Below the pieces are notes generated by a model. The model was not told where the DNA came from, did not search any database, and saw only the letters and a list, made by a program, of their open reading frames with translations. From contig JBAXWY010000021.1 of NCBI GenBank assembly GCA_037128175.1, positions 1 through 44,478 on the forward strand: a DNA stretch of 44,478 nt, read 5' to 3'. Source of the DNA: Methanothrix sp. (GTDB lineage Archaea > Halobacteriota > Methanosarcinia > Methanotrichales > Methanotrichaceae). Shown one piece after another: positions 35,340-44,478 of the stretch (positions are counted from its first letter, which is position 1; each line of letters begins with the position of its first letter). Both the position numbers and the translations under genes were made by a program.

Positions 35340-36401
35340 ATGATCAAAGAGACTAAACGGATACGATTGCACATAGAGACAAAAAATAACAATCATAAGC
35401 CAGTATCAGCCGTTATAGTCGCAGAGAAGTTCCAAAAAATTCAAAATATAATTTGCTACATAGTTGATGATTTAGAAGGAAACGCATCACGCAGACGTGG
35501 AGATTTTCCGAATAGCGTCAAAGATAGGTGCGAGCTGGTGCTCACGGGCATGAGCATGGGAAGCCTTGACGCGGAATTGAGCATATCTGATTCGCAAATA
35601 GTTTTACCTGGTGAAGAATCCTATGGTGAGAAGGCAATCGCTATCAGCAGTGAAATTGTAAAGGCAATCTCAAAAGAGGGTGACGTATTCGCCGTGGTTT
35701 CAAGATATATAAAAAATGAAGAGCGATCATATCGAATCATTAGAGAATTTGAATCAATTTGGCCGGATGGCGAATCGAGATATAATATTCATTTGAACTT
35801 CGGCAAGACTCCTGTTATACTCCTGGACCCTGCCCGAAAGAATGCTCTCCGGGCCGTACTTTCCAGGCCACCTGAAAATACGGAGAAATCCGTGATGGGG
35901 CGATTGATGGAGGTCAGAGTGGATCAAAAGCGAAGCTTTCAGATCGATACGATGGAAGGATTGGTGACCTGTCTATATGCCCCTGCACTAGAAGAAAAAG
36001 TTGTTGAGAATATAGGTCGATTAGTTCTCGTTCGAGGTGTCATGGCATTAGAGCGAGGAAAATATAATTTAAGCCTAAAAGATGAGCAATCGCTGGAAGG
36101 AATAGACTGGCTACCTTTATCGGATGTGATGATTGGGGGAAAATCAATAAAGCTAAAAGAGCCTATTTATCTCGATGTATCATATGAAGGTGATAGTTAT
36201 ATTATATCAAATGATAGATTTCATTTAAGAGCTGAAGACCCCAGTTTGAAAGCTGCAATCGCAGAGATCAACGAGGAAATTGAGATCCTATGGGAAGACT
36301 ATGTTGAAGTCGGCTTTGATGAATTGAGCCAAGATGCACTGGATCTTCGAAGAGAGCTGATTTCGGCATTGGGCGGAGAATCTGCTGATGCCCAAGCGTA
36401 A
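35340..36401 (+). CDS. Multidomain hypothetical protein with C-terminal HicB-like domain
   Basis: SD GAGGAG before ATG. C-terminus LDVSYEGDSYIISNDRFHLRAEDPSLKAAIAEINEEIEILWEDY matches the HicB beta-beta-beta-alpha pattern. Overlaps the HicA-like gene. Confidence 0.7.
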   Translation: MIKETKRIRLHIETKNNNHKPVSAVIVAEKFQKIQNIICYIVDDLEGNASRRRGDFPNSVKDRCELVLTGMSMGSLDAELSISDSQIVLPGEESYGEKAIAISSEIVKAISKEGDVFAVVSRYIKNEERSYRIIREFESIWPDGESRYNIHLNFGKTPVILLDPARKNALRAVLSRPPENTEKSVMGRLMEVRVDQKRSFQIDTMEGLVTCLYAPALEEKVVENIGRLVLVRGVMALERGKYNLSLKDEQSLEGIDWLPLSDVMIGGKSIKLKEPIYLDVSYEGDSYIISNDRFHLRAEDPSLKAAIAEINEEIEILWEDYVEVGFDELSQDALDLRRELISALGGESADAQA

Positions 36402-36681
36402 AACACGCCGGATCGTATCATCCTTAACCAAGAAAGGATTCATCCCCAAAAAAGGTCGATCGAAGCATACAAAATATACCCTATTTGTGGACGGAAAAAA
36501 GACCAGAGTATTTACCTGGATAGGTCATGGCCGGGACGAATACGAGGATCAATTGTTGAATGCGATGAAGAAGGAGCTGCGTCTCGAATCATCTCAAGAG
36601 TTCGATGATCTTATTGACTGTCCAATGTCTGCGGAAATGCTAATTTCATTGCTGGTCAAAAGATGGGCAATCAAGACATAA
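36388..36681 (+). CDS. HicA-like toxin
   Basis: Basic 97 aa; LTKKGF...SKHTKYTL...TWIGHG...LLNAMKKELRL. Confidence 0.75.
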   Translation: MPKRKTRRIVSSLTKKGFIPKKGRSKHTKYTLFVDGKKTRVFTWIGHGRDEYEDQLLNAMKKELRLESSQEFDDLIDCPMSAEMLISLLVKRWAIKT

Positions 36682-37099
36682 GAGCTTAAGAAATCTAGCC
36701 TGTCGAATCGAATAGGATTGCCGTCATGTCTCCATCTACTGAGGTACAGAGTTTGGCTAAATCCAGTTGAGAGGATTGCTAGATCCAAATCAGTGGTTCT
36801 GATGTGGTATCAGTGGCTTGCTGAGATTTTGGCCCAAAAGAGCCCAGCCAAAGGTATTTTCCCGAAGAGGCTGGCTGCTCTTAGCTAATCAACGATTGTA
36901 GGTCGCCGTCATGAAATGTTGCGTGCGAAAGGCAATCGATTGTATATTTAAATGGCGTTTGCAGAATGAGAATGGATTTTATCATGCCGAAAATAAAAAT
37001 CTGGCAAATATTTGCTTCTGCTGGATTTGACTTTTTGCTTTGGCTCAGGAAAATAAATATATCCAAAGGCCTAGATGACTTAGAAAGTGGTGATAATTA

Positions 37100-38134
37100 T
37101 TGTATAAAGTTGATATTACAGGAAAGAGACTTACTAAACTCAATCCAAAAAAATTTTTAGATATTGGGGCGAAGGAACGATTTGATATCGAGGAGTGGAT
37201 TGCAAAATCGCCGGATGTCTTAGGAGAGGATCTTCTGGTAATTCAAAAGGAGCTTCCCCTACCCTCAGGGATTCGTCTAGATATTCTGGCGATTGATAGA
37301 GATGCGAATCTAGTTGTAATCGAACTTAAACGTGATTTATCAGGCTGCGACGTTGAATGGCAAGCTATCAAGTATGCCTCATATTGCTCAAACTTTATCT
37401 CTACTGATATTTTTTCGTATTTTGCCAAGTATCTTGGTTCAGAGGAAAATATAGATATTGCTAAAGAAAAAATTGGTGAATTCATCGACGAAGAATTGGA
37501 TAATTTGAACCAGAACCAGCGTATTATTCTTGTCGCGAGAGAATTCCATTCTGATGTGATTTCCGCGGTGTTATGGCTGCGTGACAACTACGAAGTAGAA
37601 ATAAAATGTATTAGATTGCAAATATATGAGGATGAAAATAGAGGTTTGTTCCTCAATCCAGAAGTAATAATACCATTACCAGAAGCTGAAGATTATGTAG
37701 AAAGAAAACAAGTAAAAGAAAAAGAATCGAAACGTTCCTTGAGCAGTTCATTTTCGCTTGAAAAAGGCAATTTCGAAAATTCTGATTTAAGGAACAGACT
37801 GAATGCGACATTAAATCGGCCGGGAGACTTAACGCCCAGATTAGTTGGCCTAATAGAGATTCTTTTAACTGAAGACAGAGTATTTAAACGGGAAGAGATT
37901 AAGGAGAAATTATTTGAAAAGAAAGTAGGCTCTGATATTGGACGAACAGGAGCGTATCTAAGCAATCTCTCCCAATTCCTAACAAAGAAATCAAATCCTC
38001 ATTTACGACAAGTAATAGAGTTCACAACAGATGGAGAACATGGACAGATGAAAGATAATTATAAAATTACTTCAGAATATCGTGAATTATTGAAATCTCT
38101 GATAGATGAACGGGGATTCGATGACGCTTCCTAG
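37100..38134 (+). CDS. NucS/EndoMS-like PD-(D/E)xK nuclease with unknown C-terminal domain
   Basis: ERFDIEEWI, RLDILAIDRDANLVVIELKR, QAIKYASY, RIILVA. TTG start after GGTGA. Confidence 0.82.
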   Translation: MYKVDITGKRLTKLNPKKFLDIGAKERFDIEEWIAKSPDVLGEDLLVIQKELPLPSGIRLDILAIDRDANLVVIELKRDLSGCDVEWQAIKYASYCSNFISTDIFSYFAKYLGSEENIDIAKEKIGEFIDEELDNLNQNQRIILVAREFHSDVISAVLWLRDNYEVEIKCIRLQIYEDENRGLFLNPEVIIPLPEAEDYVERKQVKEKESKRSLSSSFSLEKGNFENSDLRNRLNATLNRPGDLTPRLVGLIEILLTEDRVFKREEIKEKLFEKKVGSDIGRTGAYLSNLSQFLTKKSNPHLRQVIEFTTDGEHGQMKDNYKITSEYRELLKSLIDERGFDDAS

Positions 38135-38181
38135 AAGTGAGATATTCTATTGGAAGCATTGAGTGGTGATTGAGTTATATC

Positions 38182-38805
38182 TCATATAAAAATTCTCCAC
38201 CATTCAATTCTAATTTCTTCTTGTGGAATGCTAAAAACTGTATCATTTCCCAGGGGATCAACTGCCCACATCCATTCTGCATCAGTTAAATCTCTTCCAA
38301 GTTGAATGCTCCTTTCAGAGAGAAGCTTGAAAGTTCTATCATCTCCAAGTCTGCAATACAACTTTAGTATATAATTACCTCGTATGAACCTTCGATTTTC
38401 TTGATTAGCGAAATAGATCCACTTTGAAATCGTAGATTTGGATTCAACTGAAAATGGATTAACTGGACGATCTTGTGGTGAAGGAAATCCTTCTCGCTCA
38501 GCAACGAAACCCTCGATGAGCGGAAGATACAATAATCTCTGGTCCCCACCACTATGCCAAGGCTCTAGCGAAATAGCTATTCTGTCGATGACGCCTGATC
38601 TATAGCCAGTGTTAGTGAAGACAAGACTTGTACCGATCATTGTTCCATTTCCGCTGTTAACAAGTTGAATGGACCGAAACGCGGAACATTTAATATCAGG
38701 GCCTCTCCAATAATTATACCATATAGTAATAAGGGCAATAACACCCGATAACCCTGATAAGCTTGACAAATATTGCGCCCAAAGGGGCAAGTCGCTACAT
38801 GGCAT
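38182..38805 (-). CDS. Single-TM hypothetical protein
   Basis: N-terminal TM (SGVIALITIWYNYWRGP) followed by a beta-rich domain (FTNTGYRSGVI); AT-rich. Confidence 0.65.
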   Translation of the reverse strand: MPCSDLPLWAQYLSSLSGLSGVIALITIWYNYWRGPDIKCSAFRSIQLVNSGNGTMIGTSLVFTNTGYRSGVIDRIAISLEPWHSGGDQRLLYLPLIEGFVAEREGFPSPQDRPVNPFSVESKSTISKWIYFANQENRRFIRGNYILKLYCRLGDDRTFKLLSERSIQLGRDLTDAEWMWAVDPLGNDTVFSIPQEEIRIEWWRIFI

Positions 38806-39357
38806 CCTAATTGACCATCCTCTCATCCGGGTTTGCTGAATTAGATAATTCACGTTTGAGTGATATTATATGGCTATCCTCTACTTAAACAAATCTGCAA
38901 TACGAATCTTAAGCTAGAATTTTACTAAAGCAGATGCCCTAAAAAAGCGGCTCTATTTCATTGAAGATCAGTAAATTCAAGAGATTTTGATCTTCTTGGA
39001 ATTCCGCTCCAGTTGACTCATTGAATCCAAATGTAATCGAAATTCGAAATTATTTGCGCAACCCTTGAATCCACCATTTTTTTTAGATTTTTTCCGCCAT
39101 CCAAACACTCATTGCCCTAAATCCATCATTACACTACATCTACATCGATTGCATCGCCCATATCCCGGAGGACAATGGATTCTTCGCTATCAGGCTGAAA
39201 TGGCTAGCAAGATGCATCTCAGCTGATCAGCTTCCGAAGATTGCAGAAGTGGCGAAGAATACGGCCATGAACATCAGTTCGCATCGCAACCCGGCATAGG
39301 ATGCAGGTCTGATTTATAGATATTCCTTTGGCCGTTGCCCCATGTTTCTTCCCACAT

Positions 39358-40773
39358 TCACCACATCTTGAATCCCAGGTACCTCACCGCATAGATCAGC
39401 CCGATCACGATAACCGCCACCCCGAAGACCTTCGTCACCCATTTTCCCGCTGAGATGTACTTCTCGCCGATCTGCCCGCCCACAGCCCGGGAAAACGTAG
39501 CAATGGGAATCACCGGCACGCCGTGCCCAACGCCGAAGACAAAGAGCATCAGGCCACCTGCCAGGGGAGTTACATCCTGGGAGATGAGCCAGATGAGCAC
39601 GGGAAAGACCAGGGATACGGCACAGGGAGCCCAGCCCAGGGCGAAGAAGACGCCCAACGTGAAGGCGCCGATGAAGGCCGAGTACTGAAAGAGGCCCATA
39701 GAGAAGTGGACCAGCCTTTCCATGATGCCCTTCTTCTCCGCCGCACAGTCACCAAGAATGTCATCGGAATGAGCCCGGCGCAAAGATAGTCTAGAGCGCA
39801 CCGGCTCGATGATCTCTCCGATGGGCTTGATGATATTGATGCCCAGGATTACCATCAGCAGGCCGGCGGCCAGATCGAAGAAACGGGCCTGGCGAATGAA
39901 GACGCCGATGTCGGATAGGAACAGCCCCACCACAAAGAAGACCATGGCCATGCCTAAAGTGAAGGCCACTCCGATCATGAAGCCCTCCTTGGATGCCGAG
40001 GCTGACTTTTTGAGGTACTCCTCCTTCCTGCGAGCCGTCATGACGTAGGAGAACATGGCCAGCAGCAGGGCTACCGAGCAAGGGGAAAGGGAGGTTACAA
40101 TTCCCAAGCCAAACATGCCCAGGTAGTTTACGCCTCTTGTGGATGCCACCCCCTTGAAACCGGAGGCAGAGGCCTCGCCACGCTCCAGGCCTGACAGATC
40201 GCGGGATAGATTCTCAACGCTCTGGATGCCGTCTATCTCTCCCTTGCCCAGCTGATAGACATGGTAGAGGCCGGCCACTTTTCCCTCTTTATCTATCAAG
40301 ATCAAGGTAGGGTTGGCAAAGCCGCCTTCCAGGGTGGAGTAGTCGATGTACTTGCCCGTGAGCGGATAGGGCTCAAAATCCTCAATCCAGGGCCAGGTTA
40401 CATTGATGTTCCACCAGGCTTTGGCCAGGGTAGGCCCGTCTTTGGAATAGGGATTTTTCCGGACGTTGAGGGTTAGGATTTTTATGCCTGGATCTTTCTT
40501 GGCGAGCAGGGAAAGCTGGCTGGTTTGAGCGCTTAGTGCATGTTCGCACTCCCGGCAGAGGGGATTTTCAATGTTGGTGATGTGCAGAAGAACGGCCTCG
40601 CCCCGATAGTCGCTAAGAGATACATTTTTTCCATTCTGGTCCACTGCCTGAAAATTGGGAGCTATCGCCGCCTGAGATAGGACAGAGGACGAGCTTAAAA
40701 ATAAGATAAAACAAAAGACGACAAAAAATTTGATAGACCCTGATATCAGGGATTTTTTACATCTTATTGACAT
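39358..40773 (-). CDS. Exported redoxin (TlpA/AhpC-TSA) fused to CcdA/DsbD TM domain
   Basis: Signal peptide, APNF..VDQNGKNVSLSDYRG, CREC, PTLILIDKEG, and TM motifs LSPCS and WAPCA. Confidence 0.88.
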   Translation of the reverse strand: MSIRCKKSLISGSIKFFVVFCFILFLSSSSVLSQAAIAPNFQAVDQNGKNVSLSDYRGEAVLLHITNIENPLCRECEHALSAQTSQLSLLAKKDPGIKILTLNVRKNPYSKDGPTLAKAWWNINVTWPWIEDFEPYPLTGKYIDYSTLEGGFANPTLILIDKEGKVAGLYHVYQLGKGEIDGIQSVENLSRDLSGLERGEASASGFKGVASTRGVNYLGMFGLGIVTSLSPCSVALLLAMFSYVMTARRKEEYLKKSASASKEGFMIGVAFTLGMAMVFFVVGLFLSDIGVFIRQARFFDLAAGLLMVILGINIIKPIGEIIEPVRSRLSLRRAHSDDILGDCAAEKKGIMERLVHFSMGLFQYSAFIGAFTLGVFFALGWAPCAVSLVFPVLIWLISQDVTPLAGGLMLFVFGVGHGVPVIPIATFSRAVGGQIGEKYISAGKWVTKVFGVAVIVIGLIYAVRYLGFKMW

Positions 40774-40780
40774 TCTGCCT

Positions 40781-41314
40781 TCACATATTCCAGTCAGCGG
40801 AGAACTCATCATAGTGGCTTAATGCATCCACCACATAATTCTTGACCCAGGCATCGCCCGTGACCTTATCTGTGCTGTGCCAGACCGGCACGACCTCGCC
40901 TTCGGAATTGGGAGCCAAAGTTAACAGGACGGTCAGAGGCACATACATGGTGCCGCCATCGGGATCATAGATCTGCAGGGCTTCCTCGGACCTGGCATCA
41001 CTGCCATCGGCACCTATCTCGAAATATGTGATCTGGCCATTGAATTCATCGGTTATGTTCTTCACGGCCTCTGTCTGGGGCAAACAGGTACTGCACGACT
41101 TGTGCACATAAATCAGCACAGGCTTGGCTTTAAGGGCGTCCAAGACCCAAGATGGGTGATTGACATCGCCGCCTGCGCCTGAGGACTGGTCAGGATAAGT
41201 CGTCCACCAGTCATCATTTCCTGGTCCTACAGGATACTCTGCTCCCATGGCATTGATGCCGGATGCCAGAAGAATAATTGCAATCAAAGATGATATTTTC
41301 TCAATTTTGTCCAT
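40781..41314 (-). CDS. Exported thioredoxin-fold protein
   Basis: Signal peptide, KPVLIYVHKSCSTCLPQ (CxxC), cis-Pro motif YVPLT. Confidence 0.82.
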   Translation of the reverse strand: MDKIEKISSLIAIILLASGINAMGAEYPVGPGNDDWWTTYPDQSSGAGGDVNHPSWVLDALKAKPVLIYVHKSCSTCLPQTEAVKNITDEFNGQITYFEIGADGSDARSEEALQIYDPDGGTMYVPLTVLLTLAPNSEGEVVPVWHSTDKVTGDAWVKNYVVDALSHYDEFSADWNM

Positions 41315-41587
41315 TAAACACACTCTCCACATTGCATGCTATTCTTTTCCACACTCATTCCCAATGCCGATAGCATCGACATTATTGGATATAAGTCTTT
41401 CGACTTTATGACCCATCTAGCCATACATTAAAAAAATATTGGCTCAAATCCCAATGGATCAACTATATTTCAAAGAGCGGATGTGTTATCAATTGTTAAT
41501 TTAGATTCGCTTGTTTTGTAATTGTAAATATCAAATAAGTTATATTTAATTAAAGACAGATGTCGTACCTTGGTTTAACTGTATGAC

Positions 41588-41629
41588 GGGAAAATCTTAT
41601 ATATCGAAATAACTGGATATGGATGTCCA
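41588..41629 (+). promoter_or_regulatory. Putative BRE/TATA and ArsR operator
   Basis: GGGAAAA-TCTTATATA followed by imperfect inverted repeat TGGATAT-GG-ATGTCCA (41614-41629). Confidence 0.5.
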
Positions 41630-41676
41630 ATCAGCCCTGAAGTTGGGGCGGATCAAGCTGCATGAGAATTAGGTGA

Positions 41677-41838
41677 ATGACCAAAATGATCCCAGTGAAA
41701 TGCGAAATCTGCAATAGAGAAGTAGAATCCCTCTTCATAGTCAGTCACAAAGAGAGAGGGAGAATAAGGATCTGCGAGGGTTGCTTGAAGCAAGAAGCGC
41801 ATAGCCTCCTGGCTCAAAAAAGCTGCGGTTGCTGCTAA
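41677..41838 (+). CDS. Cys-rich microprotein (CxxC...CxxC...CGCC)
   Basis: Manual translation MTKMIPVKCEICNREVESLFIVSHKERGRIRICEGCLKQEAHSLLAQKSCGCC. SD GGTGA fits ATG 41686 best. Ends 14 bp before arsR. Confidence 0.8.
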   Translation: MTKMIPVKCEICNREVESLFIVSHKERGRIRICEGCLKQEAHSLLAQKSCGCC

Positions 41839-41852
41839 AAAAGGATAATTTC

Positions 41853-42245
41853 ATGGCATGTATTCCAAAAGAGGCAGTCAGCAGGATGACGCGGCTGATT
41901 GGAGATGCCGATAAGGCCGAGTGCAAGGTCAATAAGCTGCGCTCCATTACAAGCAAGCTGGACGAAAAGGACATCGAAGTTGAGGCTGAAATATTCAAGG
42001 CATTGGCCGATCCCTGCCGCCTCAAGATCGTGTCGCTTTTGCGGGAAGGCGAGCTATGCGTCTGCGAGATCATGGTCGGCGTGGACCGACCGCAATCCAG
42101 CACTTCTCACCACCTCTCCATCCTCAAGGATGCAGGGCTCATCAAAGAACGCAAGGACGGAAGATGGTCCAGATACCGGCTGTCCGAAGGCGCTGTGATA
42201 GATATGCTAAATTTAGTGAAGCTGATGAAAGAATCTAAAGTCTGA
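41853..42245 (+). CDS. arsR: ArsR/SmtB metalloregulator
   Basis: FKALADPCRLKI, ELCVCEI As(III)-type site, QSSTSHHL, RKDGRW..Y. Confidence 0.93.
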   Translation: MACIPKEAVSRMTRLIGDADKAECKVNKLRSITSKLDEKDIEVEAEIFKALADPCRLKIVSLLREGELCVCEIMVGVDRPQSSTSHHLSILKDAGLIKERKDGRWSRYRLSEGAVIDMLNLVKLMKESKV

Positions 42246-42260
42246 GAGAGGCAACAATCA

Positions 42261-43271
42261 ATGACAAAATTCAATGCAATTGGAATTCTGATACTTTCCT
42301 TGATAGCTTTTGCTCCCGTGGTGGACGCAGGCTGCAGTTGCAGTGGTGGCACCTGGGATCCGAGCGGTTTCCTGAACTCTGAGATTGGCACAGGCTTGCC
42401 AGGCAGCGCCGGGGATAGCTCTGCGGGAAATTCAGGGAGCGGCACGGCCGGTACGCAAAAGCCGTTCGATCGAGTGGCCTCCTTTCCTAATGGTGCGATC
42501 CTCAAGGCTATGAAGAGCGTTTCCAGCTCAGATGTGGTAATGGACGTGTCCAACACAGACAGCTATTCTACATCTCACATTAGAAACGCCATCCACATTC
42601 CCAGCAAAGACTTCCTTAACGGCGAAGGCAACCTTAAGACAGATGAAGAACTTGCCAAGGTTCTGGGAGATGCCGGTGTCTCCAGAGACGATTCCATAGT
42701 TCTGTACGCCGGCAAAGAGAGCTCTGGGGAGGCTGAATTTGCCTTCCTGGTGCTGCGCCACCTGGGGCAAAAGGATGTGAGGCTCCTGGATGGAAGTCTG
42801 GCCGACTGGAAAGCTTCCGGCCTGCCTGAAGAGGCTCCTGCAAACATACTGCCGGGCACGGAGTACAAGCCTCTGGTCAAGCCACAGGTAATAGCTGAAT
42901 ACCAATACGTTAAGTCCGGCCAGGCCCAGATCATGGACGTTCGGCCGTTCGTCGAGTTTGGCAAAGGCCGCATACCCGGTTCGATCGCACTGGATCCAGC
43001 CAATGTGGTCAAAGGAGATAAGATCAAAACCGGTAAGGATTTGGGCACGGTGTTCAGCAGGCTAGACAAAGAAAAGCCGATTGTGGTCTATTCCGATGAT
43101 TACAGCCGGTCTGCTCTGGTCTGGTATGCCTTGCAGCTCATGGGATATGAGGCCAGCATTTATACCTGGGAAGACTGGAAGGCCCAGGAGGCAGCGCTGG
43201 TGCAGGCCGGGACCGCTCCTGCCGCAGGGCCTGCTGTCGCCTCGAAGTACACTAAGCTGGGCACGACATGA
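42261..43271 (+). CDS. Exported tandem-rhodanese-fold protein
   Basis: Signal peptide then GCSCSGG; HIRNAIHI, LGDAGVS, VRLLDG, DVRP..EF..GRIPGS. Active-site loop IVVYSDDYSRS lacks Cys. Confidence 0.85.
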   Translation: MTKFNAIGILILSLIAFAPVVDAGCSCSGGTWDPSGFLNSEIGTGLPGSAGDSSAGNSGSGTAGTQKPFDRVASFPNGAILKAMKSVSSSDVVMDVSNTDSYSTSHIRNAIHIPSKDFLNGEGNLKTDEELAKVLGDAGVSRDDSIVLYAGKESSGEAEFAFLVLRHLGQKDVRLLDGSLADWKASGLPEEAPANILPGTEYKPLVKPQVIAEYQYVKSGQAQIMDVRPFVEFGKGRIPGSIALDPANVVKGDKIKTGKDLGTVFSRLDKEKPIVVYSDDYSRSALVWYALQLMGYEASIYTWEDWKAQEAALVQAGTAPAAGPAVASKYTKLGTT

Positions 43272-43312
43272 TCTATTAAATTCTAATTTTTATCAAAGGA
43301 GGGAAGAACAAA

Positions 43313-44392
43313 ATGTCAAATGGTGTCAGTAAGGGCCTGGATTTCTTATCCCGCTACCTCACTATCTGGATCTTTGTAGCCATGTTCCTGGGTGTGGCCG
43401 TGGGCTACTATGCTCCCGGAATTACCCGGTTCATCTTAAGCCTGCAAATCGGCACAACATCAATACCCATCGCCATCGGCCTGATTCTCATGATGTACCC
43501 GCCCCTGGCCAAGGTAAAGTATGAAGAGCTGGGAAGGGTTTTCGAAGACAGAAAGGTCCTCAGTCTTTCACTGATACAAAATTGGATCATCGGTCCCATT
43601 CTGATGTTTGCATTGGCGGTAATCTTCCTCAGAGATTATCCTCATCTCATGTACGGCATAATCCTTATCGGCATAGCCCGTTGCATCGCCATGGTCATCG
43701 TCTGGAACGAGCTGGCTCGCGGCTGCACCGAGTACTGCGCCGCCCTGGTGGGGTTAAACTCCATCTTCCAGGTGCTGTTTTATTCCGTTTACGCTTACGT
43801 TTTCATCACGGTGCTGCCGGCAGCTCTAGGCATAGCTGAGGGAACGCTGGTCAATGTAACAATTATCCAGATTGCACAGAGCGTTTTCATCTATCTGGGC
43901 ATACCCTTCCTGGCCGGCATAATCACCAGATTCAGCCTGATCAAGGCCCGAGGAAGAGTCTGGTACGAGAGGGATTTCATACCAAAAATCTCGCCCCTGA
44001 CCCTCATCGCACTGCTCTTCACAATTGTGGTGATGTTCTCCCTGAAGGGGGATTACATCATCCAGCTTCCCCTGGATGTGGTGCGGGTGGCCGTGCCTCT
44101 GGCCATTTACTTCCTGCTCATGTTCTTTGTCAGCTTCTTCATGGCATACAAGCTGGGCGTGAATTATGAGAATACAGCCGCTCTCTCCTTTACTGCGGCC
44201 AGCAATAATTTCGAGCTGGCTATCGCTGTGGCTGTGGGCGTCTTTGGCATCGCCTCCCAGGAGGCCTTTGCAGCCGTCATCGGGCCGCTCATCGAGGTAC
44301 CCATGCTGATCATGCTAGTGAACGTGGCACTGAAGCTGAAGGCGAAGTATTTTGCGGGGGATCGGGCAGCATGTGATATCAGGAACGGATAA
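43313..44392 (+). CDS. acr3: Acr3 family arsenite efflux transporter
   Basis: [54 protein letters not shown]. Confidence 0.96.
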   Translation: MSNGVSKGLDFLSRYLTIWIFVAMFLGVAVGYYAPGITRFILSLQIGTTSIPIAIGLILMMYPPLAKVKYEELGRVFEDRKVLSLSLIQNWIIGPILMFALAVIFLRDYPHLMYGIILIGIARCIAMVIVWNELARGCTEYCAALVGLNSIFQVLFYSVYAYVFITVLPAALGIAEGTLVNVTIIQIAQSVFIYLGIPFLAGIITRFSLIKARGRVWYERDFIPKISPLTLIALLFTIVVMFSLKGDYIIQLPLDVVRVAVPLAIYFLLMFFVSFFMAYKLGVNYENTAALSFTAASNNFELAIAVAVGVFGIASQEAFAAVIGPLIEVPMLIMLVNVALKLKAKYFAGDRAACDIRNG

Positions 44393-44478
44393 AAAAGATA
44401 TATCACCCCTTTTTTTAATAGCGCAGTGAAACGGCGGCGGCGCACCCGCGCAGCAAGCTGCGGGGCATCCGAGGCGCC

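Noticed and set aside
38860-39350. Possible small genes in the AT-rich gap
   Set aside because: Only very short frames without recognisable motifs or SD were found.
1-44478. tRNA or rRNA genes
   Set aside because: No cloverleaf/T-loop or rRNA-like sequence was recognised by eye in intergenic regions; tRNAscan-SE and cmscan were not run.

Overview
Archaeal chromosomal window, most consistent with Methanothrix (Methanosaeta). The basis is a headless fpo operon with a Lys/Ala-rich FpoI tail, plus mfnB, deoxyhypusine synthase and Nre. Layout: (1) 1-7.9 kb holds secreted and housekeeping genes, including a Cys-rich CDDGNPCTxD-repeat surface protein missed by the ORF track, and two inverted copies of a palindromic REP/MITE-like element. 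(2) 8.0-18.4 kb is the operon fpoA-B-CD-H-I-J1-J2-K-L-M-N with no fpoF or fpoO. (3) 18.5-22.4 kb is an array of four different toxin-antitoxin modules (RelE-type, HicBA, MNT-HEPN, GNAT) plus a fifth stub. The modules alternate with five same-orientation copies of a GC-rich structured repeat, two of the toxins are frameshifted, and the array ends in an IS200/IS605 tnpB 3'/omega-RNA remnant. (4) 22.4-29.8 kb holds NUDIX, mfnB, a HisA-like gene, a peroxiredoxin, two FtsX/LolE permeases, engB and a YkgJ gene. (5) 29.9-44.4 kb is a large arsenic/thiol-redox island (2x ArsR, ArsP, ArsC, Acr3, 2x CcdA-like, thioredoxins, DGC protein, two exported rhodanese-fold proteins lacking the usual catalytic Cys, and an unannotated Cys-rich microprotein). 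It is interrupted by an AT-rich insert carrying a large HicB-like/HicA pair and a NucS-like nuclease. Best candidates for undescribed systems: the repeat-punctuated TA cassette array, the extracytoplasmic redox/pseudo-rhodanese arm of the ars island, and the multidomain-antitoxin/HicA pair. All family calls are from motif recognition by eye; no searches were run.
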